Below are positions 29,351 through 41,212 of a stretch of 64,000 bases of DNA, one piece after another; position 1 is the stretch's first letter; every line of letters starts with the position of its first letter. The stretch is from Myxococcota bacterium. Its GTDB lineage: Bacteria > Myxococcota_A > SURF-8 > G963663525. Position numbers and translations under genes: made by a program. The DNA is taken from assembly GCA_963676915.2 (NCBI GenBank), contig CAXXVK010000072.1:160001-224000 (forward strand). The letters are read 5' to 3'. The notes beneath the pieces are model-generated. The model was not told the origin of the DNA and did no database searches. It saw nothing but the letters and a program-made list of their open reading frames with translations.

Positions 29351-31747
29351 TCAGTTTCCATGTTGGTCTTCGACAACATCGGTCGAAGCGTTGATGATTG
29401 CCGCTGATCCTCTCAACCAGCGGATGTCGCAAACGTGCCAGCGGTGATGTTCGTCGGGGAAGGTGACCGACTCGGCATGCTCCTGGCTACCGTTGATGAA
29501 AATGCGTACCGTGGCGGTTGTAAGTCGGGCCGGGTCTTCGTCGTCCACACACGGGTGGTTGGGATTGTAACAGTCATCCCAGAAGTGCACGTACACGCCG
29601 AAATCGCCGATGTCTCCGGCATCATCCAGGTTGATGTTTTCCGGACCATAGCCATCCCGGTCGTCGATATCCAACGACGGTTTGCCGAAAACGAACCAAT
29701 CCACCGGATCTGGATTGTCCTCTGTCGGAACGCAGGTGGCGTAATAGCAATCATCGGGCAGGGAAGTGTTCCAGAGATCTCCATCGGGTCGTACAAGATG
29801 CAGATCCAGGTCGGTGTTGTTGGTGTCCCACGTCAATTGAATATGGATTTTTTCCTCTGGAACAGCCTGGAACATGACCTCGGAATATTCGGGATTGCAA
29901 CTCCAGGCAAGGTCGTCGTCCTGAACTCGCAGACGAAACACGAAATATCCTGCAAGATCGAAGAAAAACGTCGGACGGGCGTCGAGCAGTGTCAGTGGCT
30001 GGCTACGACTTCCCGGAGGACGGGTGACGACTTCCCAATGGTAGCGTGTAACTTCGCCATCCGGGTCGGAGCTTCCGGTAGCGTCGAGAATGATGGTGTC
30101 CAGGGGGGCAACCTGGTAGCCTTCACCTGCATCGGGAATGGGGCAGAGATTGAGACCGTCGCCGCTTAAAGGAATTTCCACCAGTGTTTCGTCCGGGTCG
30201 TTGGTGGAAAAACGTAACGTACCCAGGTCTTCGGTCTCATTTCTGGGAGAATAACCCACCGGTAACGTGACGGCCTGTCCCGGTCCAAGGCGACCTATCG
30301 GCGGTAAGTCAACGAAATAAAAAGCGTTTTCGTTACCCTGGTCGATGGTGATGGAGAAATTACGAAGCTCCAGCAGTCCTGCCCCAAGGTTGCGAATCCG
30401 CAGTTCCTTGATACTGGCGTTCGAACTCCAGCGCAGTTCCTCGGGTGTGACTTCCACGTCAGGAGGTACGGAACTGGCTGAAAACACGACGAAAACTTCC
30501 GGCTCGTCGGCGTCGTTTGTTGTCAAAACAATGGCGCCGTTATCGTCATCGAGGCTTTCTCCCGGTTCGAAACGTACCGAAAGATCGAGACTTTCGTTTT
30601 CTTGTAACGTGACGGATTCCGGGGGTGTTTCTTCCCATGTGAAGGACTCCGTCGTCAGGTCTTCGTCTAACGAAACGAGCATTTCCAGCGGCCAGCATCC
30701 GAGGTTTGTTACGGTGGTTGTGCGTACTTCGCTTTGTCCTGCAGGAACCGTGGAAAAGTCAAGTACGATAGGAACCACATCGATCTCCGGTTCGCAGACC
30801 GTCACCGTTACCGGGACAACGTACCGGCTGTTGGTTTCGTCGTTGCTTTGGATGATCAGATGGTCCGTATAGGTGCCCGGTCCCTCGGGAGTGAATCCAA
30901 GGTGAACCTCTTTCGTGCTGAATACAGGGATTTCCAAAGGATTGAGCTGGTTTATCGACTGCAACTCCAAGGGCAACTCGAAACCGCTGTTGCCGGGATT
31001 TTCTAGCTTGATCTGGAAAATCACCAATTCGCCTCCCCCCTGGTTTTCAAGGTCGAAAGGCAGCTCTACACCAATGGAGCGCAACGTGCCGAAATCCAGA
31101 GGATCGGGGGAAACGGCGAGAATCGGTTGTTGCTTCACCGCGCTGCGTAACTGCACGGTTGCTTTGGGCAAGATCGGGTCGTTGGTGGTGAGAATCCACT
31201 CGGCTTCCAGGTCATCTACACGGATTGGACGGAAAAAGACAGAAATCGTCCGTTCCTCGGAAGGTGAGAGGGTGATTGGTGTTTCCGCAAGGATTTCCAC
31301 GCCTTCTGCGCTTTCCGAAAGCTCCCATTCGGAAATTGTAAGGTCGGCTCCTCCGTAATTGGTAATCAACAGGTCGGCTGTAGCGGAACCTCCATGGTTT
31401 ACCGCGCCGAAATCCAACAGCGTCGGAGTCAGTACGATCCAGGGTGCGTCGGGGTCGCGCTCGATTACAGGTTCGGACTCGATAGCGTCATCATCGCCAT
31501 CGGGATAAGCATCGACGGGATAATACGGAACCGTCGCCGTACAAAGGCCATCCACGCAAAACAAATCGTCGCCGCAGTCCGGGTTTTTCCGGCACATCGG
31601 GCGGCAGCCCTTTTCGTCGTCACAGGGCCAACCTGCCGGACAATTCTGACAATCCACCGTTTGAGTGCTTGCGGAATCGTCAGAGCAACCGCTCGAAAGC
31701 AGTATCCAAACCCACACTATTGCCGTTATCCATAGATATCGTTTCAT
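29351..31747 (-). CDS. Surface lipoprotein with tandem choice-of-anchor-D/ASH Ig-like repeats, a PKD domain and a C-terminal DUF2135-like domain
   Basis: Lipobox LSSGC, Cys-rich module, repeated LDFG...TND units, LDATGSSDPDG, LTWD...DLDLHL, DIDDRDGYGPENI. Confidence 0.75.
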   Translation of the reverse strand: MKRYLWITAIVWVWILLSSGCSDDSASTQTVDCQNCPAGWPCDDEKGCRPMCRKNPDCGDDLFCVDGLCTATVPYYPVDAYPDGDDDAIESEPVIERDPDAPWIVLTPTLLDFGAVNHGGSATADLLITNYGGADLTISEWELSESAEGVEILAETPITLSPSEERTISVFFRPIRVDDLEAEWILTTNDPILPKATVQLRSAVKQQPILAVSPDPLDFGTLRSIGVELPFDLENQGGGELVIFQIKLENPGNSGFELPLELQSINQLNPLEIPVFSTKEVHLGFTPEGPGTYTDHLIIQSNDETNSRYVVPVTVTVCEPEIDVVPIVLDFSTVPAGQSEVRTTTVTNLGCWPLEMLVSLDEDLTTESFTWEETPPESVTLQENESLDLSVRFEPGESLDDDNGAIVLTTNDADEPEVFVVFSASSVPPDVEVTPEELRWSSNASIKELRIRNLGAGLLELRNFSITIDQGNENAFYFVDLPPIGRLGPGQAVTLPVGYSPRNETEDLGTLRFSTNDPDETLVEIPLSGDGLNLCPIPDAGEGYQVAPLDTIILDATGSSDPDGEVTRYHWEVVTRPPGSRSQPLTLLDARPTFFFDLAGYFVFRLRVQDDDLAWSCNPEYSEVMFQAVPEEKIHIQLTWDTNNTDLDLHLVRPDGDLWNTSLPDDCYYATCVPTEDNPDPVDWFVFGKPSLDIDDRDGYGPENINLDDAGDIGDFGVYVHFWDDCYNPNHPCVDDEDPARLTTATVRIFINGSQEHAESVTFPDEHHRWHVCDIRWLRGSAAIINASTDVVEDQHGN

Positions 31748-32046
31748 TATTCGCTGGTTCCGATTGAAGTGATTCTTTCCGAGTCGAATCCGATTCGATC
31801 GGTAAAAACCACCCAAAGTTGTTTTCATCCACTCCGCGTCAAAAGAACAGTATACCGATTCCCGGCTTTTCGAGCAATTCCACAATGTAAAATTCGAAAA
31901 CCTGAAGATGGTCAACAAACCTCACCAAGAATTCTTCATAAGTTGTGCGGCGTAGCCGACTGCGGTACACTCCCCAAAATTTTCTAATGCCTTTAAATGA
32001 TCGGGAAACGAAACGGTTGCGATGGTCCCGATAGGTCGAGGTACAC

Positions 32047-34308
32047 ATGAGTATTCGTTGGATGGTAGGTTTGTGGTCGTGTTTGTGTCTTGGATTCTTT
32101 GCCTGTTCGGACAACTCGGAATCCAACCCTCAGTCCGATGGAGACAACGACATGGAAGCGGACATGGAACGGGAGATCGACTATTCTCTGGCTCCGGTTC
32201 AGGACTGGCAAAAAGAGAGAGAAGAAGCATTTTTGAAATTCTCCTGCGATAACGGGGAGGTGTCCGCCAGCATCGGTGCGCTTTTGGCCCGTCTGGAATG
32301 TGCTCAACGCTGGGAAGGTTACGAGGTGCCGGACGGCGCTTTGGCTGACGATATTTTCGATAGCACGTACGAAAAAATGTTTCGGCTCAAAGATACGAGC
32401 GATTTCAATGCGATGCGTTTCGTCAACCTTTTGTACGCTCACCGGGGACATCCCGTGATGAGTGAAACCGCCTGGACCAAACTCGAAGACAACATGCTGG
32501 ATTTCAAGTACTGGTTCACAGATCCGACACCCGAACGGGAATGGGAGGGAGAGCCGGTGATCGACAACATGTGGTACTGGTCCGAAAACCACGTGCTGAT
32601 CTTTCGTGCCAGTGAATTCCTGATGGGTCAGAAGTACCCGGAACGCATTTTCGGCGTAACGGGTGAGACGGGAGCCTGGCATCGGGATCGTGCCCGGACG
32701 GAAATTCTCTCCTGGGTCGAGGAGCGGATGCGGTGGGGCTTCACCGAGTGGCATTCCGATGTTTATTACAACTGGGACATGATACCGCTGCTTTCGTTGA
32801 TCGAGTGGTCCGAGGATGAAGAAGTCGCGTTTCGTGCAGCCCAGGCGCTCGATTTATTCTTGCTCGATGTCGCCTTGCATCTGCATCGGGGAAACATGGG
32901 AGTGACCCACGGACGTTCGTACATCAAGGACAAGCCTGCCGCCGTCAAGCAAGATGTTTTCGATACGGCAAAACTCTTTTTTAATGATACCCCGCTGGAG
33001 TTCCGCTCGGTGTCGTCTACTGCGGCGGCATTGATCGCGCGTGGAAGCAAGTACGCTTTACCCCAGGCGATTCGGGATATCGCCAACTGGGATGAGCCGA
33101 TGGTGGACCGCGAGCGGATGAATCCTCCGCTGGATGAAACGCCGCCGGAGAACTGGGACGATCCCATACCAGAAAACCCGCTAGGGATTTCCTACACGGA
33201 TGAAAGCACGATACCGCTTTGGTGGTCAATGAGTGCGTTTACCACCTGGCCGTTGTTGCCGATGACGTTGGACGTTGCGGATCGATACGGATTGTGGGAC
33301 GGTCCGTTCAAAGATTTCTCAATGGTGCGCGATCTTGTGGGACTTGGCGCGTCGGACGATCCCCCGATGAAGCTCGTTCATCCGTTTTATCTTACGCTGT
33401 ATCCCGTGTTGGGTGGCGGGTTGCTTACGGAAGTCAACACCATTACCTATCGTGATGCCCATGTAATGCTTTCTTCCGCACTCGATTACCGTCCGGGACT
33501 GGCGGCCAATCAGGCGCATCATTGGCAGGCGACGTTGTCCGAATCCGCTGTGGTGTTCACCACTCATCCCGCCTATCTCCCGATGGAGGAAGGCGAGGCC
33601 GTTCCCGAGGATTGGAACTGGCAGAAAGAAGACGAACCCGGTCCCGGTTACTGGACCGGCAATGCCTCGCGACCTCGCAGTGCTCAGCATGGAACGGCGG
33701 GGATTCACATCTACGCCCCGCAATACCAGCCGAAACCTCTGGGGCAATCTGTTTTCGACTACCGCGATGAGACGCACGCGTATTTCCCACATGCTCATTT
33801 CGATACGGTCGAACAGGAGGGAAACTGGACCTTCGGTCAAAAAGACGATGGTTATGTGGCGCTGTATTCTTACCTTCCGACGAGTTGGCGGGAAGGTCAG
33901 CCGGAGGTTTTCGAAAACCAAAATCTTCCTTTCGATCTCGTAGCGGCCGGCAGTGCTTCGAACGTATGGATCGTCGAGGTGGGGAGCGTGGATGGCTTCG
34001 GATCGTTCGAAGCATTCAAGCAGGCAATTTTAGCAGCCGTGGTAAACGTAACACCCAACGGCGATACGAATGAAGATAGCTTGGACGACGGGTTCGATGT
34101 GTCGTATGCTTCCCCTTCACAGGGAACGATGACGTTCGGTTGGGACAAGCCGTTGATGGTTGACGGTCAAGAGGTGCAACAAGCCGATTTCAAACGGTTC
34201 GACAATCTTTTCGTACAAGCGGAATTCGATTCGGGACGGTATGAAATCACGGTAGGCGAGAAACATCTGACGCTTGATCACGCTCGGGTGATTCGGGACT
34301 TCGATTGA
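32047..34308 (+). CDS. Uncharacterised 753-aa lipoprotein, possibly with a heparinase II/III or polysaccharide-lyase-like fold
   Basis: Lipobox FFAC; WYWSENH, GFTEWHSDVY, THGRSY motifs. Fold assignment is a guess. Confidence 0.55.
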   Translation: MSIRWMVGLWSCLCLGFFACSDNSESNPQSDGDNDMEADMEREIDYSLAPVQDWQKEREEAFLKFSCDNGEVSASIGALLARLECAQRWEGYEVPDGALADDIFDSTYEKMFRLKDTSDFNAMRFVNLLYAHRGHPVMSETAWTKLEDNMLDFKYWFTDPTPEREWEGEPVIDNMWYWSENHVLIFRASEFLMGQKYPERIFGVTGETGAWHRDRARTEILSWVEERMRWGFTEWHSDVYYNWDMIPLLSLIEWSEDEEVAFRAAQALDLFLLDVALHLHRGNMGVTHGRSYIKDKPAAVKQDVFDTAKLFFNDTPLEFRSVSSTAAALIARGSKYALPQAIRDIANWDEPMVDRERMNPPLDETPPENWDDPIPENPLGISYTDESTIPLWWSMSAFTTWPLLPMTLDVADRYGLWDGPFKDFSMVRDLVGLGASDDPPMKLVHPFYLTLYPVLGGGLLTEVNTITYRDAHVMLSSALDYRPGLAANQAHHWQATLSESAVVFTTHPAYLPMEEGEAVPEDWNWQKEDEPGPGYWTGNASRPRSAQHGTAGIHIYAPQYQPKPLGQSVFDYRDETHAYFPHAHFDTVEQEGNWTFGQKDDGYVALYSYLPTSWREGQPEVFENQNLPFDLVAAGSASNVWIVEVGSVDGFGSFEAFKQAILAAVVNVTPNGDTNEDSLDDGFDVSYASPSQGTMTFGWDKPLMVDGQEVQQADFKRFDNLFVQAEFDSGRYEITVGEKHLTLDHARVIRDFD

Positions 34309-34447
34309 TTTCCCCGATGCCTTGATTCGTACTGCTTATTACCGAATCGGATCGGAACGTCACAAATAGTGAGGAATCGTGCTGAATTCCAACTCGACGC
34401 TTTATCGTTGTTGGCACTCTGGGAAGTGTGCCGTTTCGGACTTTGTC

Positions 34448-35449
34448 TCAGAAGTGAAGCCCCAATGAAAAGTAAGGAATTCCAAACGGTAAGGATCTCC
34501 CAATTCCATTGAAGTAGGATTTGGAGATCGGCAAGATAAACCCGAGATCGCCAAAGATGACATCGCCGACAATAGTCTCGCCGTGTCCGCGAAGACCGTA
34601 ATTCAATAACCATAGACGACAGTTTTTTGCCTTTTTGTCTTTTAGATTGAACACGGGAGCGATGTTGGTCTGAAAGGACCATTTACGGTGGACTTCGGCA
34701 CGATAGCCCAAGGCAGGCATCAACAGGACGAGTTTATAATTATACCAGGAATCAAAATAATGACCTCCTGACATCGAACTGATGCTCAGGTTGATCAGAT
34801 GCTTTCCAAAAAGGAAACTTGCCGCAGAGTAGCCCCCGGCGGTCCAAGCGAACCCGCCATCTTTTCTAGGAAATATCGCAGGTATTCCGGCAAATCCGCC
34901 GAAAGCCAGATACATGGAGTCGGAGACGGCCCCATGTATTTTGAAAGTAGGTATGATCGTGAGAAATACAGGCGGTAGCGTAGAAATGATACCCAACTGC
35001 ACGTTTTCATGAACGCCATATTCAAAGTTCAAACACCGCTATCATATACGCGGTCGCTGTGCTGTGGCCTTTTTCGATTCCGATGGCTGTTGGAGTGTAA
35101 ACGATCCGATCCCGAGTGGTGACGACGTTTCTTTTTTCCTCTTTTTCGTTTTCGGTGGTTTCTATGGGAGGTTCTTCTTCTATTGGAACGTTTCTTCTTC
35201 CGGTTTGGCCTCTTTTATCGTGATCTGACACAAAGGCTCAGCGTGTAACGTTTTGGCTATGGCAAGCGGCAGGCAGCCGGACGGACACTCGGGAAGCGTT
35301 TCGGGGGGCGTCATTTTCTGCGTTTCGACGGTGGCTTCGGGTACGCAAGCGGGTGGACACTCCGGGCAGTCGGGGCGTTCGTCCGCCCAGGCTGCCAATG
35401 TTCGACTTACAATCATCAATACAACAATTATGGATGAAAGTTGGTTCAC
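34448..35449 (-). CDS. Putative outer-membrane beta-barrel protein with Cys/Pro N-terminal module, paralog A (two frameshifts)
   Basis: Fragments 35180-35449, 35022-35231 and 34448-35032 join into one protein colinear with paralog B; C-terminus YFSLGLHF. Confidence 0.6.
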
Positions 35450-35505
35450 ATTCCCTCATGTCGGATGAAAAATGGAAAAACTGCCACTCCTTAGGTCACG
35501 ATAGG

Positions 35506-36472
35506 TCAGAAATGGAATCCCAGAGAAAAATATGGGATACCCAGAGGGAAGTATCTCCACACATGGTCTAAAAAGCTTTTCACGAGTGGCATAGTGAAGC
35601 CGAGATCGCCGAAAAACAGGTCGCCGTGGCCTCGAACGCCGTAATTCAGTAGCCAGAAGTCCTCGCTTTCCAGCTTTTTTGCTTTCACGATCAGAAGGGG
35701 ACTCAATTCGGTTTGAAAAGGACCAGTTGCGGTGCATTTCCAATCGGTATCCCAAAGAGGGAACCAACAGCGCTTCTTCTGCACCATACCATCCGTATTC
35801 GGTTGAGACTCCTGCCGACATAGCACTGAAACTGATGTTGATCAGATGTTTACCGCTTACGAAACTGGCGACGCCTTGTCCGCCACCCAAAAAAACGGAA
35901 CCACCAGATCCCGCGTAAGAAAGAAGGCAGCCTCCGAAACCGCCGATGGATAAATGCAGGTAATCGGTAACAGCACCATGAAATTTAACGGTAGGTATGA
36001 TTCCTATGATGGATATTGGCAGGACGGTTACGACACCTGCTTGAAGGTTTTCATGAAAGCCATATTCGAAATCCCAGGCCGCTGCGATGTATCCGGTGAT
36101 GGTCGCTTCACCTTTTTTTAGTCCAACCGCTGATGGGTTGAAAATAAGCCTGTGACGAGTCGATTCCACATTTCGCTTTTCTTTTTTCTTGGTGGGTTTT
36201 TTTCTTGAAGATGTCGTTTTTTGAGGTTGGGTTTCATTCGTTGTGATTTGACAAGCGGGTTCGTCGAGCATCAACTTGACCGATCCCAGCGGTATACAAC
36301 CCGAAGGACATTCCGGGAGGTTCTCGGGTAAGGGGGTTTTTTGTATATCGACATAAGCGTCTGGCACGCAGTTGGAAGGGCATTCCGGGCAGGCGGGAAG
36401 TCTGCCCGCCCATGCGGGAAGGGTCAGGCCGAAAATCAGTGTTGTTACCAAGCAGAAAAACAGTTTTTGCAA
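35506..36472 (-). CDS. Putative outer-membrane beta-barrel protein with Cys/Pro N-terminal module, paralog B (one frameshift at about 35717)
   Basis: GGAGG RBS + TTG at 36472 (MQKLFFCLV...AWAGRLPACPECPSNC); C-terminus YFSLGFHF. Confidence 0.6.
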
Positions 36473-36504
36473 ATTTCCTCCAATCGAACATAAACAATAC
36501 AACA

Positions 36505-39270
36505 TCACAAGTCCTGTGCCACTATGTGTAATCGTCGCTGCTGATCGGGTCCGTTGTTGTTTGCCTGAACGATTTCCGTATAGTTTTCGCCGGTATGCGG
36601 GTCTGTCGAGTCGATTTCCAAGGTTTCGATTCGTATCACGATGGGATAGTCGTAGGGTACGAGGTCTTGCGGAATATCCCATGGAATGTTCACGTCTTGT
36701 ACAGCGGGGTAGGGGGCGACCGTAACCGTTGCATCGCCGATTTTCACGAGCGATCCGTGAAACTCCTCGCCAAAACCTTCCAGGTCCAGTCGTCCGTCGT
36801 CGTCGTCGGAGAGATCCCATGGAGTCGATTCGTAAAATATTTCCACAAGAGCACGGTCGGCGGCGATATCTCCCAGGTTACGGATCGAGGCGGAGATGTT
36901 CACCGAACTTCCCCTTACCGGTGTTTCAGAGTCGAATACGATATCCGTGACGTTGACCGTCAGGTCCGGTGCGGTGGAGCGGAAACGCTCACCCGTGACG
37001 ACGGCGTTGTCAGGCGGGTTCGTAGCGTTGCCGATCTGTGACTGGAAGTAGTCTCGTAGCCCTTTCCAGGCTAGCATGTGAGTGTCGATAAAAGGTTCTC
37101 CCGTTTCGGACTGCACGACGACGGGGCGTACCGTCTCGCCGGTTTCCGGGTCTTTTGCAGAGATGATGAAGTTGAAAATATAGCTCAAATTGGTGCCCAG
37201 AGAATTGCACCATGGCCAGACGATAGGTGCGGGTCGGGGTCGATCGGTTCGCCACCGACCCGGATGGAGTCGGAGTCGATGCGCTGAAAGTACGGTGCGT
37301 TGAGATCCACTTTGTAATCCATCATACCCGAAAGCTGGATGACATCCAGTTTGAAATCCGAAGCCAGACCACCGGGGAGAATTTCGTCGATCATCGCCAT
37401 GGAATAAACCAGTTCTGTGACGTATTCGGTGGCGGTGACCTGCTTTTTCATGCTTTCTTCGTTTTCCATCAGCGTGAAATCATACAGTCCGGGTTGCATT
37501 TCGAGAATCACCAGCGGTTCGTCGTTGATTCCTTCATCGTCGAGTTGATGAAGCGGAACGATATCGTAAATTTCATCCTCGGTGATGTCCCCCGCGACGA
37601 GGTCGCCCCGGTAAATGGAAGGCACGCCCATGGCTACGTCACAAGGGATATTCTCTTCGTTCAATTTCCACAAAAAAGCGTCCGAAATGATTTGCCCCAA
37701 ACCACTTTGTGCGCCCATTCGGTGGCTGAGATCGATGGGAAAACGTTCCAATCACATTGTCGAAAGGATGGGTATATTTTTCATCCACTTTGTCTTTGAG
37801 TTTCTGAACCTCTTCCAGAATTTCCGCATCGTCGGGGATGCGGTCGTCTACCTGAATCAGGTGGTAGTCAAGCAGCGTCATGGCGTCGGTTTCGGTGTCG
37901 ATTTCCAGCGCCATCGCGGCGACGAACTCCCCCGGCTTCTTTGGCCTGAGAAAGATACGTAAGCCCACCGGCCCGGATTGGTCACGGAAATGGGGTGATT
38001 CAACTGAACATGGGAATAGTGCCGAGAGGATCAGGTCCACCGAACGGCCCTGATTCGCTGCCTTTGAGCGTAGCGCGCAATCGCTTCGTCCTTTCCCGGC
38101 GGAATGTTTTACACGATCGCCGAAACCCAACCCGGCGTGACTAGTGACGATCACCACGTCCGCGCCTTCGGTGTCCAGGCTGTCGATTCCCTGGTTGACG
38201 TACTTGGATTCGCGGGGATCGGGATTGTAGAATTCCATGTTCTGAGAGTAGGTCGTGGGTGCGCCGATGATCTGGTAAAGGAAAGGATTTCCGGCAACTT
38301 GCGTGTAAATGGCGGCGTCCGTCACTACGCCCAGAAGTCCGATTTTGATGCCGCCTTTTTCTAAAACGAGCGTCTGGTTTATAACGGGCATCGTTGGAGG
38401 TATTGCCGAAGTTCGTTTCGAACTTCGGGATAAGGTCGGCGTATTGGGATTTGAGGGTTTCCGGGTTCACGCTGCCCCAGATAAAGCGCATCGGCGAGCC
38501 TTGCAAAGTCCCGGTGAAATCCGGCATTGCACCTTCCACCTGTTCGTCGAGAAACGGAGTGCCGAAATGATAGTCGTGGTTGCCAAGTTGCAGCACGTCC
38601 ACGCCCATTGCATCGAACAACCGGTAAAACGTGCTGATGCCTCCCTCGACATTGTGGAACATCGTGTTCTCGAAGTCGTCGCCGGAATTGACAATCAGCG
38701 TCGGGATGCCTTTTTTGTCGTTCATTCTACGGATTTCTTTAAAAATCGTCGCCAGTCGCGCCAGTCCTCCCAGCGAACCAGAAACGCTCCGCCGGGGAAG
38801 AACCCGAGAATGCCAGTCGTTGATTTCGAGGATGCATAGCGGGCGGCTTTGATCCGATGCCGGTTTGTAGGAGAAAATACGGAACAACATCGGCACCAGT
38901 CGCCGGTCGCCATCCCGCACTTCAATCAGCGCCGTTCCGCTCTCTTGTCCCAGTTGTAAAGAAACATGAGCCAGCCCGTCGTTGTCGGTAACGACGTTTT
39001 CCGAAGAAAGTACGATGTCCTGGACCGTGCTCATTCCTTCACCTGCAAGCAGGCGAAATTGCACCGTAATGCCGGGGATGCCTTGACCGGAATCATTGAC
39101 GGCCTGGACCACGAGGTCATCCAGCAGATCACCGTGAAAGCCGCTCTGGAAATTCCCGGAAGTACCGACAAATTTCGTTGCAACGTTGCTTTTGGAGTCG
39201 TTCGCATCCGAACAGGCACAACACAGAAGCAGCAAAGCGACGATCCATTCCAGGTTTGCAGGCGATTCAT
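36505..39270 (-). CDS. 5'-nucleotidase/metallophosphoesterase lipoprotein with an N-terminal Ig-like domain and a C-terminal CARDB-like domain; many frameshifts
   Basis: Motifs INDWHS, SGDDF, LGNHDY, TSHAG and YRGDLVAGDIT lie in successive ORF fragments; PDLTV...IRNLGD...NNN CARDB-like end. Confidence 0.7.
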
Positions 39271-39370
39271 GGAACTTTCCCTTTTCCCCGTCGATTCGAA
39301 TGGGCGTTTTTCGCCATTCGTTTACATGATCTTGGTTTTTTTGACAGGTGTGCGCGGTCCTTGACTATGA

Positions 39371-39399
39371 TTCGTACCCTGATTTAGAGATCTTGTCAA
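39371..39399 (-). promoter_or_regulatory. Possible sigma70 promoter for the nucleotidase gene
   Basis: Minus strand TTGACA-N17-TACGAA. Confidence 0.3.
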
Positions 39400-39449
39400 A
39401 CGGAACCGGGGAAAGAGGGAATGTCGTTTGCTTTACTGCAAACCAAATC

Positions 39450-41212
39450 TCAGTCGCTGAAGAAGCGGGGGAAGCGTGATTTCATCCATGGCTCGACGGT
39501 TTCGAGCACTTCCTCAACCGTGTGGCCGTCCAGTGCCTGCGTGAAGAGATTTTCGGCTTCTTGGCGGTGGGAATCGCGAATCAGGCCGCGAATGAACGGA
39601 ATGCTCGAAGCCGCCATGCCGATTTCATCGATACCTGCACCGATCAATAACTGTGTATATAAGGGATCGCTGCCGATTTCACCGCATAGCGCAACGGGAA
39701 TTCCTGCGTCTTTGCCTGCCTGGCAGATTTGAGAAATAAGTCGCAATACCGCAGGGTGTAAAGGGCTGTATAGGTAGGCTAGCGCTTGGGAATCTCGATC
39801 GACGGCCAGCGTATACTGTACGAGGTCGTTGGTGCCTATCGAGAAGAAATCGCATTCGGTCGCGAGTCGGTCGGCTACGATACCCGCCGAGGCGGTTTCG
39901 ATCATCAGTCCTATCGGCGTATCCTGGTTGAAAATAACGCCGCACCGTTCGAGGCTTTCCTTAGCGCGCTCGATCAGTCGTTTGAGTTCACGTACTTCAC
40001 CTACGCCGGTAATCATCGGCAGCAGCAGACGCACCGGTCCCACTGCGGAAACTCGTAAAATGGCGCGGACCTGCGCTTCCAGCCATTCCGGGTGCAGGCG
40101 GGCGGTTCGGACGCCTCGGGTTCCCAGGATCGGGTTACGCTCGTCTGCGAACGGCCAGTACTGCGGCTTTTTGTCACCGCCGAGATCCTGTGTTCGGATC
40201 GTGACGGTTCGCCCTTCGGCGCCTTCCACCAGCTTTCGATAGCAGGAATAATGTTCTTCCTCGTCGGGAGGACGCTTCCGGTCTATGAACATGAACTCCG
40301 TACGGAACAGCGTGACGGCATCCGCACCGAAGGTTTCGAGGTTCGCCAGTTTTTCCACCGAGGCGAGGTTCGCACCCAGTTGGATGTGTGTTCCATCGAT
40401 GGTTTTCGCGGGAGCGGTCTTGCCGTTAAGCAACTCTAATGCTAGGGAATTCCAGCGGTTACGCCTGCTTTCGTAGTGGTCTCGCTGTTTTTTTTTGTGG
40501 GATCGACTACAACCCGTCCACGGCCACCGTCCACAATTACGGGAGTGGAATCGTGGATTTCATCCAGCGCATTATGAACGCCCAAAACCGTCGGAATTCC
40601 AAGCGATTGGGCGATAATCGCCACATGGCTGGCGCGTCCGCCTTTTTCAAGGACGATACCGGCGATTTTTGTCTTGTAAAACAACGTCGTTTCCGCCGGA
40701 GATAGATTCTCGGCCACGACAATCGCATTTTCCGGAATATCCGACAGGCTTCGAGACGGAATCCCCATAAGTTGATCGAAAACGTGTCGTGTCGATTGAT
40801 GGAGATCCGTGGTTCGTTCCTGCAACGTTTCGTTGGGGTTGCTGGAAAACACCGTTTCCAGATCGCGAACGGTGTTTTCCAATGCCCATTCCGCATTCAA
40901 CAGGCGTGAGCGAATTTTTTCGCGGGTTCCGTCGAGAAGAATGGGATCTTGAAGCATCAAAAAATGAGCTTGCAGAATATCGTAATGATTCCTGGACGTT
41001 CTGGAATCGATTTTTCCGATTATGTTTTCAAGGTGAGCGGTGGCTTCGGTTACGGAGTTTTCGAAGCGTAAAAGTTCGTCTTTGACGGAGGATTTTTCAA
41101 TATGGTAGCGCTTGAAACCTCGTTGCTCGCATTGCAAGCTAAAGGCGTTTCCCATGCCGATTCCCGCCGAGGCGGCGATTCCGGTAAGTCTTTTGCCGGG
41201 ATTCCGTTTCAA
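39450..41212 (-). CDS. ptsI: PTS enzyme I, frameshifted at an A9 run (T9 at 40488-40496 on +)
   Basis: GGRASHVAI phospho-His, LFRTEF, DLGGDK, ERNPILG, SIGTNDL, LCGE; changing the run length rejoins the two ORFs. Confidence 0.9.

Noticed and set aside
35456-36820. 454-aa ORF as a single real protein
   Set aside because: Only the middle part is coding (paralog B from TTG 36472). The N-terminus overlaps the nucleotidase gene and the C-terminus is post-frameshift.
39341-39371. Plus-strand TTGACA...TATGAT promoter antisense to ptsI
   Set aside because: 19-bp spacer and no downstream gene; probably chance.
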